DNA of 64,000 nucleotides, from the NCBI GenBank assembly GCA_913045115.1, contig CAJWPJ010000003.1, forward strand, positions 854-64,853, given 5' to 3'. This document shows, piece by piece, positions 49,712 through 61,893 of the stretch. Source of the stretch: an uncultured Gammaproteobacteria bacterium. GTDB taxonomy: Bacteria; Pseudomonadota; Gammaproteobacteria; GCA-002705445; GCA-002716945. A program made the position numbers and the translations under genes. Each line of letters opens with the position of its first letter. Position 1 is the stretch's first letter. Below the pieces are notes generated by a model. It saw nothing but the letters and a program-made list of their open reading frames with translations. It was not told the DNA's origin and searched no databases.

Positions 49712-50569
49712 TTGATACTTTTTTTGTCCTCAAATTTAGTATCAGCTAGTAATACTATTGAAATCACAAGGGATGATGGCATAACACTTAATGCAAACCT
49801 CTCTGAGAGTTTACAAAATGATTCCATATATATGATTGTTCATGGCACTCGTGGATTCAAGACCATGGAGATAATAAAATCATTGGAAGAAAAAATTATA
49901 CTTAATGGACATGATGTACTAAGTATAAATTTAAGTTATGGCGTCACCAATAGGGATGACAGCTTTCTATCTTGCGACATCAAACACACTCATAATGAAC
50001 ATGAGTCTGTTAGAGAGATCATTAGCTGGTATCAATATCTTTTGAGTAAAAACTATAAAAAAATAATATTTGTCGGACACTCCAGAGGTGGATTCAATAT
50101 CGTTCAAGCATCTGAATTAATTGGCAATAAGGATATTGAACTCCATTTACTTGCACCGATAGTCGATACATATAAAGGAACTAGAGATTACTATATGTCA
50201 GAAAATAATTTACCATATGACCAGATAATTCAAGATAATGATGAATATATAATTTCAGACCAATACTCTCAAATTAATTTTTTATTTTGTGAAAATGCTC
50301 AAGTTTCTTCAAGTACTTTTAGATCATATTTAGATTTTACTGAAAGTAGAACTAAATACCCATTTACTTTTAATATTATGAAATTACTAAACGAAAGTAG
50401 TAACAAGGTTTCAATTTATTCTGGTTCAGCAGATGAAATATTACTTGATAGTTATAAAAGATTTGAATCTCTTAATAAAGAGAATATAAAACATTTCATC
50501 ATTGAAGATGGAGATCATTTTTTCAGAGACATATATCTGGATGATGTAATTGATCTTATGTTTCAATAA
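49712..50569 (+). CDS. Alpha/beta-hydrolase fold protein; the 5' end is uncertain and must lie downstream of the tRNA
   Basis: Nucleophile elbow FVGHSRGG (GxSxG) and the beta-strand IVHGTRGF. The tracked ORF begins inside tRNA-Lys. No ATG is available before MIVHG; TTG at 49712 or 49724 is possible. Confidence 0.55.
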   Translation: MILFLSSNLVSASNTIEITRDDGITLNANLSESLQNDSIYMIVHGTRGFKTMEIIKSLEEKIILNGHDVLSINLSYGVTNRDDSFLSCDIKHTHNEHESVREIISWYQYLLSKNYKKIIFVGHSRGGFNIVQASELIGNKDIELHLLAPIVDTYKGTRDYYMSENNLPYDQIIQDNDEYIISDQYSQINFLFCENAQVSSSTFRSYLDFTESRTKYPFTFNIMKLLNESSNKVSIYSGSADEILLDSYKRFESLNKENIKHFIIEDGDHFFRDIYLDDVIDLMFQ

Positions 50570-50570
50570 A

Positions 50571-51071
50571 TTACTGAACTATAAAAGGATCATCAGACGT
50601 TTCAGGAATATCGGCATCTAAGCTTTTTTCTAGTTGAGATGATGATTTAGGACCAATTGTTATTTCTGATTCAGAATTATCGAACATTCCTCTCATAACT
50701 TTGATTGTGGCAAATCTATTTTCCTTTTGGTAATTGATTAGTATGAATCTAGATCTAACGATACCTATTTCAGACCAGCCATCAGAAATCATATTTTTGC
50801 GGTAAAAGCTTACAGTATCATCCGCAGTTTCTTCATGCTGCAAATATAATATTCCTGAAAATTTACTTCCCTCACCAAAAATAACAGTCTTATTGACTAA
50901 ATATTTTGAATTCTCTGGAAGGGGTATGGATACTTGTAATTTTTGTTCAACTGATATTTCTTTTTGTTCCTCTGCCTGACTTTCTAGCATAGCTTGCATA
51001 TTTGCGCATGATGACAATAAGAATGAGGCTAATGTGAAAGTTAAGAATCTAGTTAAGTTCTTTGCCTGCAT
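50571..51071 (-). CDS. Hypothetical lipoprotein immediately downstream of soxA
   Basis: Signal peptide plus lipobox FLLSSC; 166 aa with no recognisable domain. It lies 25 nt downstream of soxA on the same strand. Confidence 0.5.
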   Translation of the reverse strand: MQAKNLTRFLTFTLASFLLSSCANMQAMLESQAEEQKEISVEQKLQVSIPLPENSKYLVNKTVIFGEGSKFSGILYLQHEETADDTVSFYRKNMISDGWSEIGIVRSRFILINYQKENRFATIKVMRGMFDNSESEITIGPKSSSQLEKSLDADIPETSDDPFIVQ

Positions 51072-51096
51072 ATCCTAGAGTATATATTAAATATAT

Positions 51097-51924
51097 TTAT
51101 TTTCTAGAGCCGGGACCATTAACTTCGAGGCCGTTACTCATGAATGTAGTAAAAAATTCAAGATTATTAAGCTCATCGCTGCCACCTTTAAAGCTTTTTG
51201 CTCTGATGCGATTGAGACATCCCGCAAATCTCTCATGAAGAGTTACTAATCTTCCCATGCCAGAGCGATAAACAGGAAAATGTGTTGGGTGTCCTATTGC
51301 TGGACTCGGGATATCAGCTCTTAGTTTTGTTCCTGTTTGATAAACATGACAATCTGCACAAGAAAAATTAAGCTGTCCTTTTTTCGTAAAATATAATCTT
51401 TTGCCATCTTCATAAGCGTCTAATGCTTCTTTTGTATTCGGAATTTGAACATCAAATTTATTGCCCCTGGATGTATAGGCCATATAAGCAGAGACATGCG
51501 CAAGTTCTTTTCCTTTGAAATAACTTAGTGGCTTTTCTCCATTCTTTATTCTGCAATCATTAATTGCACCTTCTAAAGTAACTACTTTATTCATATCCGT
51601 ATCAAAATAAGGATAGTTTTGTCTTATACCAATACCATCATTCTCAAAACATGACCCGTAAGTATTACCATTTTTGAAAGGCTTATTAAATAATTCTTCG
51701 CCTCTATCAACATTAAGTTCATATGGAGGAAATTCTTCCATAGCTTCCCATTGTTCTCTTGCAGACTTGTCAATAGAATAGACGCCATTCTTATAGTCCT
51801 CGAATGGAGTGTCTGGGAATCTATTTTCAAAATAACTTACAAAATCATCATAGTCTTTCTCTGGACTCGCAATCACAGCCATGGATGGTAATAAAAGGGA
51901 AAAAATTAATAATTTTTTTAACAT
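51097..51924 (-). CDS. soxA: Thiosulfate-oxidation cytochrome c SoxA (monoheme type)
   Basis: Signal peptide, a single CADCH heme motif, a conserved Cys in HERFAGCLN, ~275 aa, and position after soxZ. Confidence 0.75.
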   Translation of the reverse strand: MLKKLLIFSLLLPSMAVIASPEKDYDDFVSYFENRFPDTPFEDYKNGVYSIDKSAREQWEAMEEFPPYELNVDRGEELFNKPFKNGNTYGSCFENDGIGIRQNYPYFDTDMNKVVTLEGAINDCRIKNGEKPLSYFKGKELAHVSAYMAYTSRGNKFDVQIPNTKEALDAYEDGKRLYFTKKGQLNFSCADCHVYQTGTKLRADIPSPAIGHPTHFPVYRSGMGRLVTLHERFAGCLNRIRAKSFKGGSDELNNLEFFTTFMSNGLEVNGPGSRK

Positions 51925-52233
51925 TTATTTAACAGTGCCAGTTTTAGAGTCTCTGTTTCCTTGATTGTCGACCCATGAGATTTCTAAGTTATCTCCTTTG
52001 TTACCTTTATACTTAAATGTTAAGTATGGATTTTTCGATACCGCAGGTCCCCAATAAATAGTTATTACATCTTTTCCATTTGCCTTACTATGAACTTCTT
52101 GGATGTAATGTGCAGGTATTAGTTCACCTGTTTTTTTATCTTTCCTTTGCCCAGTTTCCATTGGGTGCTTAATTAATGCTTTAACTGTTACAACACCATT
52201 AGATTCTTTTGATCTCATTTTAATAGTACTCAT
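51925..52233 (-). CDS. soxZ: Thiosulfate oxidation carrier complex protein SoxZ
   Basis: 102 aa; SoxZ-like sequence (IKHPMETGQRKDKKTGELIPAHYI); directly after soxY. Confidence 0.75.
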   Translation of the reverse strand: MSTIKMRSKESNGVVTVKALIKHPMETGQRKDKKTGELIPAHYIQEVHSKANGKDVITIYWGPAVSKNPYLTFKYKGNKGDNLEISWVDNQGNRDSKTGTVK

Positions 52234-52235
52234 AA

Positions 52236-52709
52236 TTAACCTCCACAGCCTCCTATAGTTACTTTAACCTCTTGTGTTGAGGTATAGACTTTGTCACCAC
52301 TTTTAACCGCTGCCATTACATTTGATGTTTTACCCATTTTTAATCTTGTTCCTATAGATGGTTCTGACAACGCGGTTAACTTATACCCACTGGATAATGG
52401 TTGCGGATTATTCTCAACAAATATCATTATTGAATCTACATTATCGAGAGTAGTTGATACATTGATTGGAACAATGGCGCCATTTTCAGCAATTTCTGGA
52501 GCCTTGAGTTTCACTTTTGATGATTCTTCTAAATTACTATGTCCATAAACACTACTTACTGATTCAGTTAAATCTTTTATATCAAATGACTTTTTAGGCC
52601 AAGCTGCGTATGCTTTATTTGAGACAATAAGTGACGGCGCTGCCACTAGTGAACCTGCGAACAACATACTATTTTTTATAAAGTTTCTTCTATTCATGTT
52701 TCTCCTCAA
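52236..52709 (-). CDS. soxY: Thiosulfate oxidation carrier protein SoxY
   Basis: Tat signal (NRRNFIKNS...AYA) and the diagnostic C-terminal GGCGG cysteine swinging-arm motif. Confidence 0.9.
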   Translation of the reverse strand: MRRNMNRRNFIKNSMLFAGSLVAAPSLIVSNKAYAAWPKKSFDIKDLTESVSSVYGHSNLEESSKVKLKAPEIAENGAIVPINVSTTLDNVDSIMIFVENNPQPLSSGYKLTALSEPSIGTRLKMGKTSNVMAAVKSGDKVYTSTQEVKVTIGGCGG

Positions 52710-53041
52710 AGTGTATATAAATAATCAATAATCTTGTTAATTTCTTTTTTAGTTAGGGCTCCATGTTTTCCAAACGGAGGCATAAATGTATAAGGGTCAT
52801 CCTTGGTTGGATCCCAAATTTGTTGATAAAGGACCTCTCTATCAGGAAACCTTGCTTTCATTGCAAGCAGAGGCGGACCATTATTTCCTGCTAATTCACC
52901 ATCGTCAATCATATGACACGCAAGGCAATTACCCTTTTTTCTATCGAAGGTAAGCTTTTTACCCTCTGCAATGTTATCTGAATATGATGAAATTGGTGTA
53001 AATATTATTACAAAAAGTAATGATTTTATAAGGTTTTTCAT
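52706..53041 (-). CDS. soxX: Monoheme cytochrome c SoxX
   Basis: Signal peptide, CLACH heme motif, 111 aa, overlaps the soxY start. Confidence 0.75.
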   Translation of the reverse strand: MKNLIKSLLFVIIFTPISSYSDNIAEGKKLTFDRKKGNCLACHMIDDGELAGNNGPPLLAMKARFPDREVLYQQIWDPTKDDPYTFMPPFGKHGALTKKEINKIIDYLYTL

Positions 53042-53082
53042 GTCAGTATTATATATATGAATGGCCTTTATTAAAACATTTT

Positions 53083-54504
53083 TTAATCACAGGTTTTATC
53101 ACCAAATATCGGCTCGAGCGGAGGGTTTCTGTCACAAAGTATACTTTTTCGCATGTTTTTAAGATTAGTCTTCTGGATGTTATTTAGTTCGTCAGAGGTC
53201 AAACCATCATCAATTACTCTGAATGCCATGGGCATATTTCCCTTGATGTTATAAAAGTTAACAAGGGCTAATTTTGCATTATATTTATCTTGAATTTTTT
53301 CATACCCCTCTGCCAATAGTTTATAAGCTCGAGGATTATTGTAATTATTCGACATTGCTATACTTAATTTTTTTACACTTTGATCGAGCCTAATCGAATC
53401 TTTTATATTATATTTTAGAAGTTGAAAAGTGATAGCATTATTATTTGGATATATTTCTAAAATGTCTTTTAGTATTTCTCTGGCTTTATTTTTCTCCCCA
53501 TCAGCCCATAGAATATCTGACATTAAAGATGCTATGTAAATATTATATTTATCTTTATAGTAATCTTTTTGTAAAATATTTTTGGCTTTTGTAAATTCAC
53601 CTTTGACAAATTCGCCTAGCGCAAGCTTATGATTATTTATAGAACTATCAGAATGAACACGATTACTTAGCTGTACAATTTCCATAGATGACTCTAATAT
53701 ATTTTTTATATATAAATAATCATTCGAACTATTTATAATTGGATTGATTTGTGTATTTCCTTTATCCTTTATGTTGCTGATTCGATTCGTATAGAGAGGA
53801 TGAGTCATGAAATATTCATTCAGGTTTGATTGATCATTAGAATCTCCTTGCATTAATCTAAAAAAGTTCGCCATTTCATTCAAATCAAAATTACTTTTTA
53901 ATATTAGTCTTGCTGCAAATGCATCAGCTTCTATTTCATTCTCTCTTACAAGGTTAATATTCTTTTGAACTGATAAACCTATTCCAGATCTTATTGATGC
54001 AATACTAGCTTCAGTTTGTCCTGCCAATATTCCAGCAAAAATACCAATCCACATTGGTATTGAGTTTACATTACTGTTAGCCATCATCTCCGCTGAATGC
54101 CTAAGAACAACATGTGCTAGCTCATGGGCAACTACTCCAGCTAATTGAGCCTCATTTTCTGTCAGAGTAACTAATCCAGCATTTAACCCTATATAGCCAC
54201 CTGGAACAGCAAAAGCATTTACAGACTTAGCTTTTGTTACAAAGAAAACATACTCTCTATCAATTGATATATTCCTGCTTAATCTATTTCCTAGATATGA
54301 GATATAGTCACTCACCAATACATCATTTACAATATAATTGCTTTTTTGAAGATTTTTATAGATATTGCCTCCTATTTTCTTTTCATCAGATAATGTAAGT
54401 GTTTTGTTAAGTGAATCACCTAGGACCGGTGATGGATTTTCAGAATTAGATTCTGCTGACAATGTAAAAAATACACTTGTTGCCAGAAATATAATCTTAT
54501 GCAT
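53083..54504 (-). CDS. bepA: Periplasmic M48 metalloprotease with TPR repeats (BepA/YfgC-like)
   Basis: Signal peptide, HELAHVVLRH (HExxH) zincin motif, TPR-rich C-terminal half, ~470 aa. Confidence 0.75.
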   Translation of the reverse strand: MHKIIFLATSVFFTLSAESNSENPSPVLGDSLNKTLTLSDEKKIGGNIYKNLQKSNYIVNDVLVSDYISYLGNRLSRNISIDREYVFFVTKAKSVNAFAVPGGYIGLNAGLVTLTENEAQLAGVVAHELAHVVLRHSAEMMANSNVNSIPMWIGIFAGILAGQTEASIASIRSGIGLSVQKNINLVRENEIEADAFAARLILKSNFDLNEMANFFRLMQGDSNDQSNLNEYFMTHPLYTNRISNIKDKGNTQINPIINSSNDYLYIKNILESSMEIVQLSNRVHSDSSINNHKLALGEFVKGEFTKAKNILQKDYYKDKYNIYIASLMSDILWADGEKNKAREILKDILEIYPNNNAITFQLLKYNIKDSIRLDQSVKKLSIAMSNNYNNPRAYKLLAEGYEKIQDKYNAKLALVNFYNIKGNMPMAFRVIDDGLTSDELNNIQKTNLKNMRKSILCDRNPPLEPIFGDKTCD

Positions 54505-54596
54505 TTATTCTCCACATGAGCTATCTTTCTCTATATTAAATAATCTAAATGTACTAATATAGTTCAGTATATTATAACTCAAGAGGTATTATAAAA

Positions 54597-54827
54597 ATGA
54601 GTGATTTTGACAAAGAACTAGATACGAGTGGGTTAAATTGCCCATTACCAATCATTAAAGCAAAAAAGGAGATAAATACCATGGAGTCTGGTCAAATACT
54701 TCATGTTATATCAACCGATCCAGGGGCAGTAATGGACTTTGAATCCTTTGCAGGACAAACAGGTAACGAACTATTATCCTCTGACACTAAAGATAATAAA
54801 TTTTATTTCCTCATCAAAAAAAGCTAG
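54597..54827 (+). CDS. tusA: TusA-family sulfurtransferase
   Basis: 76 aa with the CPxP motif (LNCPLPIIK). Confidence 0.8.
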   Translation: MSDFDKELDTSGLNCPLPIIKAKKEINTMESGQILHVISTDPGAVMDFESFAGQTGNELLSSDTKDNKFYFLIKKS

Positions 54828-54829
54828 AA

Positions 54830-56556
54830 ATGAAACTGAGTGGTTCAGAGATTATAATTGAATCCCTAAAAAAAGAAGGGGTGGATTATATATTTGGATA
54901 TCCCGGCGGAGCCGTTCTACATATATACGACGCTTTATTTGCCGCAAAAGATATTAAACATGTACTTGTAAGACATGAGCAGGGTGCTACGCACGCAGCG
55001 GATGGCTATGCTAGGGCTTGTAACAAACCAGGTGTTGTTTTAGTAACATCTGGTCCTGGAATAACTAATTGCGTTACTGGAATTGCTACCGCTCATATGG
55101 ACTCGATTCCGATGATTGTAATCTCTGGGCAAGTATCGCGACAATACGTCGGAAGTGATGCCTTTCAAGAGGCTGATGCTACTGGTATTACCAGACCAAT
55201 CTGTAAACATAATTTTTTAATCAATGATAGAGAGTCAATCGCAGATACATTTAGAAAAGCATTTATTATAGCGACAACAGGCCGTCCTGGTCCGGTAATA
55301 ATAGATATTCCTAAAGATCTCACTGATCCGAATGTTAAGATTGCTTTTGAGTACAAAAAGAATATTAAAATCAGATCCTATAAAGTAAAAACAAATGAAG
55401 ATGAAAATAAGATTGAGGATGCAGCCAAATTACTATGCTTAGCTAAGAAGCCAATGATATATACTGGTGGAGGTGTCATTCTCAGCAAGGCAAGCAAAGA
55501 ATTAATCAAATTAACAAGGTTGTTGAAGTACCCCATTACAAACACTCTAATGGGCTTGGGCGCATATCCATCATCTGATGATCAATTTCTTGGCATGTTA
55601 GGCATGCATGGGACATATGAAGCGAATATGGCGATGCATGATTGCGATGTTCTGCTTGCTGTAGGTGCAAGATTCGATGATAGAGTTACAGGTGATACAA
55701 AACAGTTTTGCCCAAAAGCAAAAATTATTCATATTGACATTGATCCATCATCTATCTCAAAAATTATTGAAGTTGATCACTCATTGATCGGAGATACAAA
55801 GAGTATTCTCAAGAAACTGACATCATTCGTTGCAAAGCATAAGAGAAATATTAACAACCATGAGCTTGAAAAATGGTGGAAGAAGATTAAGTCTTGGCAA
55901 AGAAAAAACTGTTTATCTTATAAAAAATCAAAAGATGTAATAAAGCCACAATCTGTCATAGAAACGCTTCATAAGTTATCAAAAGGAAAAGCATTCGTAA
56001 CCTCCGACGTTGGACAACACCAAATGTGGGTTGCTCAATATTATAAATTTGACAAACCCAATAGATGGATCAACTCGGGAGGATTGGGTACCATGGGCTT
56101 TGGATTGCCTGCTGCTATCGGAGCGCAACTTGCTTACCCAAAAGAGGAGGTTATCTGTGTTACTGGGGAAGCGAGCATACTCATGTGCATTCAGGAATTA
56201 TCAACATGTTTACAGTATGGTTTACCTATAAAAGTAATTAATCTGAACAATAGATACATGGGAATGGTAAGACAATGGCAAGAATTCTTTTACGAGGGAA
56301 GATATGCAATGTCATACATGGACGCCATTCCTAACTTTGCCAAACTTGCTGAGAGCTTTGGGCACATAGGAATGGTAATCGATAAACCAGAGAATCTTGA
56401 AAAAGATCTTAAATCTGCTCTCAGTCAAAAAAATAGATTAGTTTTTGTGGATGTCATAACGGATCAAACAGAAAATGTATATCCAATGATTGTAAGCGGT
56501 AAAGGTCACCATGAGATGCATCTTGCACCATCAGCAAATGAGGATATTGAATTAGC

Positions 56557-56560
<4 letters not shown>
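54830..56560 (+). CDS. ilvI: Acetolactate synthase large subunit (biosynthetic type)
   Basis: ThDP-dependent enzyme; 576 aa; followed by ilvH and ilvC. Confidence 0.9.
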
Positions 56561-58878
<2,318 letters not shown>

Positions 58879-58957
58879 AGAAGCATAATAATTATCCTTC
58901 AACCTTTTTTCTCTTAGGTTATAATGCACCATATAATTGAATACTTAGATATTACCT

Positions 58958-60499
58958 ATGAATAAAGATCATTTGATAATCTTTGATACAACGTTACGGG
59001 ACGGAGAACAGAGTCCTGGAGCTTCTATGGATATAGAAGAGAAAATGCAGATCGCCAACGCTTTAAGTGATTTAAATGTAGATGTTATAGAGGCAGGTTT
59101 CCCGATTGCAAGTAATGGTGATTTTACTGCCGTCAAAGAAATTGCTAATTCAATTTCTAATTCTAGAATCTGTGCTCTCGCTAGAGCACTTGACAAAGAT
59201 ATCCTACGAGCAGCAGATGCTTTAAAAAATGCCAAGCTCTCAAGAATTCATACTTTTATTGCAACTTCACCTATACATATGGAAATGAAATTAAAGATGT
59301 CTCCGGATCAAGTTATTGAAAATGCTGTGAGTGCGGTAAAAATGGCAAGAGAGCATGTTCAGGATGTTGAATTCTCACCAGAAGATGCTGGGAGATCTGA
59401 CTTTGATTTCTTATGTAAAATTATTGAGAGAGTCATTGATGCCGGCGCATCCACAATAAATATACCAGATACCGTGGGTTATAATTTGCCTCATCAATTT
59501 GGCGAATTGATCTCTAAAATCATTCAAAACGTTCCAAATTCAAATGATGCCGTTTTTTCGGTTCATTGCCATAACGATCTTGGATTAGCAGTGTCTAATT
59601 CATTGTCATCAGTTTTAAATGGTGCAAGACAAGTAGAATGTACAATAAACGGATTGGGTGAGAGAGCTGGTAATGCTGCACTGGAAGAAATTGTTATGAC
59701 TGTAAAGACTCGGAGAGATATCTTTACTTGTGATACAAAGATAAACACAAAAAAAATAATGAACTGCTCAAGACTTGTGTCAAGTATAACTGGTTTCCCA
59801 GTCCAACCGAATAAAGCAATTGTAGGCAAGAATGCTTTTGCTCATGAATCAGGAATTCATCAAGATGGAATCATTAAATCTAGAGAGACTTATGAAATTA
59901 TGAGAGCCGAGGATATAGGTTTAGTAAGTAACTCATTGGTACTTGGGAAACATTCTGGTCGTAATGCTTTTAAACAAAAGCTTGATGAGCTCAATATTCA
60001 ATCTGACTCAGATAATTCATTTAATGATTTATTTTCAAGGTTCAAAGAACTTGCAGATAAAAAACATGATATCTATGATGAAGATATAATACGCTTATCA
60101 AATAATATATCTCTCACTGGTGATGATATCCAGTTGAGTTACATGTCAGTAATTTGTGACACAAATAAAAAACCAAATGCTAAAATTAAGTTAAATATAA
60201 AGGGAGAAGAAATAGAAGCGTCAGCTGAAGGTGATGGTGCTGTAGACGCCGCCTTCAATGCAATCAAAGAAATTATTGACCTTAAAGTAGACCTCAAACT
60301 TTATTCAGTTAACAACATAACTTCAGGAACTGATGCACAAGGTGAAGTAACAGTAAGAGTTGTTAAAGGCGACCTTATTGTAAATGGTCATGGAGCCGAT
60401 ACTGATATCGTAAAAGCATCTGTATTAGCCTACTTGAATGCAATTAACAAGATTTATCAGAACCCAGATCTAGATTCGAAAAAATTATCAGGTATCTAA
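58958..60499 (+). CDS. leuA: 2-isopropylmalate synthase
   Basis: IFDTTLRDGEQSPG at the N-terminus, HCHNDLGLAV, a C-terminal LeuA dimerisation/regulatory domain, 513 aa. Confidence 0.9.
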   Translation: MNKDHLIIFDTTLRDGEQSPGASMDIEEKMQIANALSDLNVDVIEAGFPIASNGDFTAVKEIANSISNSRICALARALDKDILRAADALKNAKLSRIHTFIATSPIHMEMKLKMSPDQVIENAVSAVKMAREHVQDVEFSPEDAGRSDFDFLCKIIERVIDAGASTINIPDTVGYNLPHQFGELISKIIQNVPNSNDAVFSVHCHNDLGLAVSNSLSSVLNGARQVECTINGLGERAGNAALEEIVMTVKTRRDIFTCDTKINTKKIMNCSRLVSSITGFPVQPNKAIVGKNAFAHESGIHQDGIIKSRETYEIMRAEDIGLVSNSLVLGKHSGRNAFKQKLDELNIQSDSDNSFNDLFSRFKELADKKHDIYDEDIIRLSNNISLTGDDIQLSYMSVICDTNKKPNAKIKLNIKGEEIEASAEGDGAVDAAFNAIKEIIDLKVDLKLYSVNNITSGTDAQGEVTVRVVKGDLIVNGHGADTDIVKASVLAYLNAINKIYQNPDLDSKKLSGI

Positions 60500-61137
60500 T
60501 GTCCCGAAAACAAGATTTATTAAGCCTCATGAATATCGATATATCATGGATGAAAAATATATCGCATGATGAAGTAAGCCATACAAGTTTTGAAGACTTA
60601 GAGCTGAATTCAAGGTACTGTGATAAATGCTCGCTGTCTGAGACAAGGAACAATGTAGTTTTTGGTAAAGGTAGTAAAGATGCTAAGATTTTAATCATTG
60701 GTGAGGCACCAGGTAAAGATGAGGATCAGAGTGGCGAGCCATTTGTTGGGAGAGCTGGGAAGCTATTAAATGAAATATTATTTTCTATGAAGCTTACAAG
60801 AGACAAGGTGTATATTACCAATACTGTAAAGTGTAGGCCACCTGAAAATAGAAATCCAAATAGTGATGAAATACAATCATGCTCTGGATTTTTAGATAGT
60901 CAAATTGACTCTATTTCACCCAAAATTATTATATTATTAGGGAAAGTAGCTGCTGAAAGCATAATGAACACCACTGAGACAATGGCATCCTTGAGAGGTA
61001 AGGTTCATTATTATAAAGATACTAAGATTCCTATGCTTGTTTTTTATCATCCAGCTTATTTATTAAGAAGTCCATCAGAAAAAAGAAAAGTTTGGGATGA
61101 TATATTACTAATGAGAACTATCACTGATGGCTGTTAA
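60499..61137 (+). CDS. Uracil-DNA glycosylase, family 4
   Basis: IGEAPGKDEDQSGEPFVGRAGKLL (the GEAPG motif) and Fe-S Cys ligands (CDKC...C). Confidence 0.75.
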   Translation: MSRKQDLLSLMNIDISWMKNISHDEVSHTSFEDLELNSRYCDKCSLSETRNNVVFGKGSKDAKILIIGEAPGKDEDQSGEPFVGRAGKLLNEILFSMKLTRDKVYITNTVKCRPPENRNPNSDEIQSCSGFLDSQIDSISPKIIILLGKVAAESIMNTTETMASLRGKVHYYKDTKIPMLVFYHPAYLLRSPSEKRKVWDDILLMRTITDGC

Positions 61138-61588
61138 GAGTTCAGAGTTATACCGATTTCTCCCTATGAGAATTGATGATTTAAACATGGTGCATAACCT
61201 TGAAGCTGATTCATATCAATTTCCATGGACTAAGGAAATTATTAGAGACTGCATTCTTTATAACTATGATTCATACTCTGTCTTCTTTGGTGATAAAATC
61301 ATAGGTTATATAATCTCCAAAATTTCTTATCCTGAGACACATATTCTTAACCTGACTGTAAATTCTAAATTTAGAAATAATGGAATTGGTACTAGTCTTA
61401 TACAGCTTATTATAGATGATGCGCGCATAAGAAACTCTAAAGATATAATTCTCGAAGTAAGGACATCAAATGCTTCAGCTCAATCGCTTTATAAAAAATT
61501 AAAATTTGAAATAATAGGTCTCCGAAAAGATTACTATGAGTGCAAAGAAGGAAGAGAAGATGCGCTTGTTCTTAAGCTTGAGTTATAG
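61127..61588 (+). CDS. rimI: Ribosomal-protein-alanine N-acetyltransferase RimI (GNAT)
   Basis: GNAT motif A region RNNGIGTSLI; 153 aa. Confidence 0.7.
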   Translation: MAVKSSELYRFLPMRIDDLNMVHNLEADSYQFPWTKEIIRDCILYNYDSYSVFFGDKIIGYIISKISYPETHILNLTVNSKFRNNGIGTSLIQLIIDDARIRNSKDIILEVRTSNASAQSLYKKLKFEIIGLRKDYYECKEGREDALVLKLEL

Positions 61589-61849
61589 CTCATCTGGTGA
61601 TTTTGCAGTAATAGATAATGCATGGATTTCTGTTTTCATTAAATCCTGTAACGTCTTGTAAATAAGCTTATGCCTATCAATTTGACTCATATTTTTAAAT
61701 AACTTTGAGACAATGAAAAGCTTGAAGTGACCACCTGATTTAGCCCCTGCGTGTCCCACATGTAGATGACCTTCATCTTCAATATTCATCTTCTCTGGTT
61801 CTAGATCAGACAAACCATTTTTTATCAATTGCATTCTTTCTTCGGTCAT
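61583..61849 (-). CDS. BolA family protein (IbaG/YrbA-like)
   Basis: 88 aa; FKLFIVSKLFKNMSQIDRHKLIYKTL...IHALSI is typical BolA. Confidence 0.75.
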   Translation of the reverse strand: MTEERMQLIKNGLSDLEPEKMNIEDEGHLHVGHAGAKSGGHFKLFIVSKLFKNMSQIDRHKLIYKTLQDLMKTEIHALSITAKSPDEL

Positions 61850-61893
61850 GCTGGTATTATATGTTAAAATAAAAAAAATGTTAGATACAAAAT

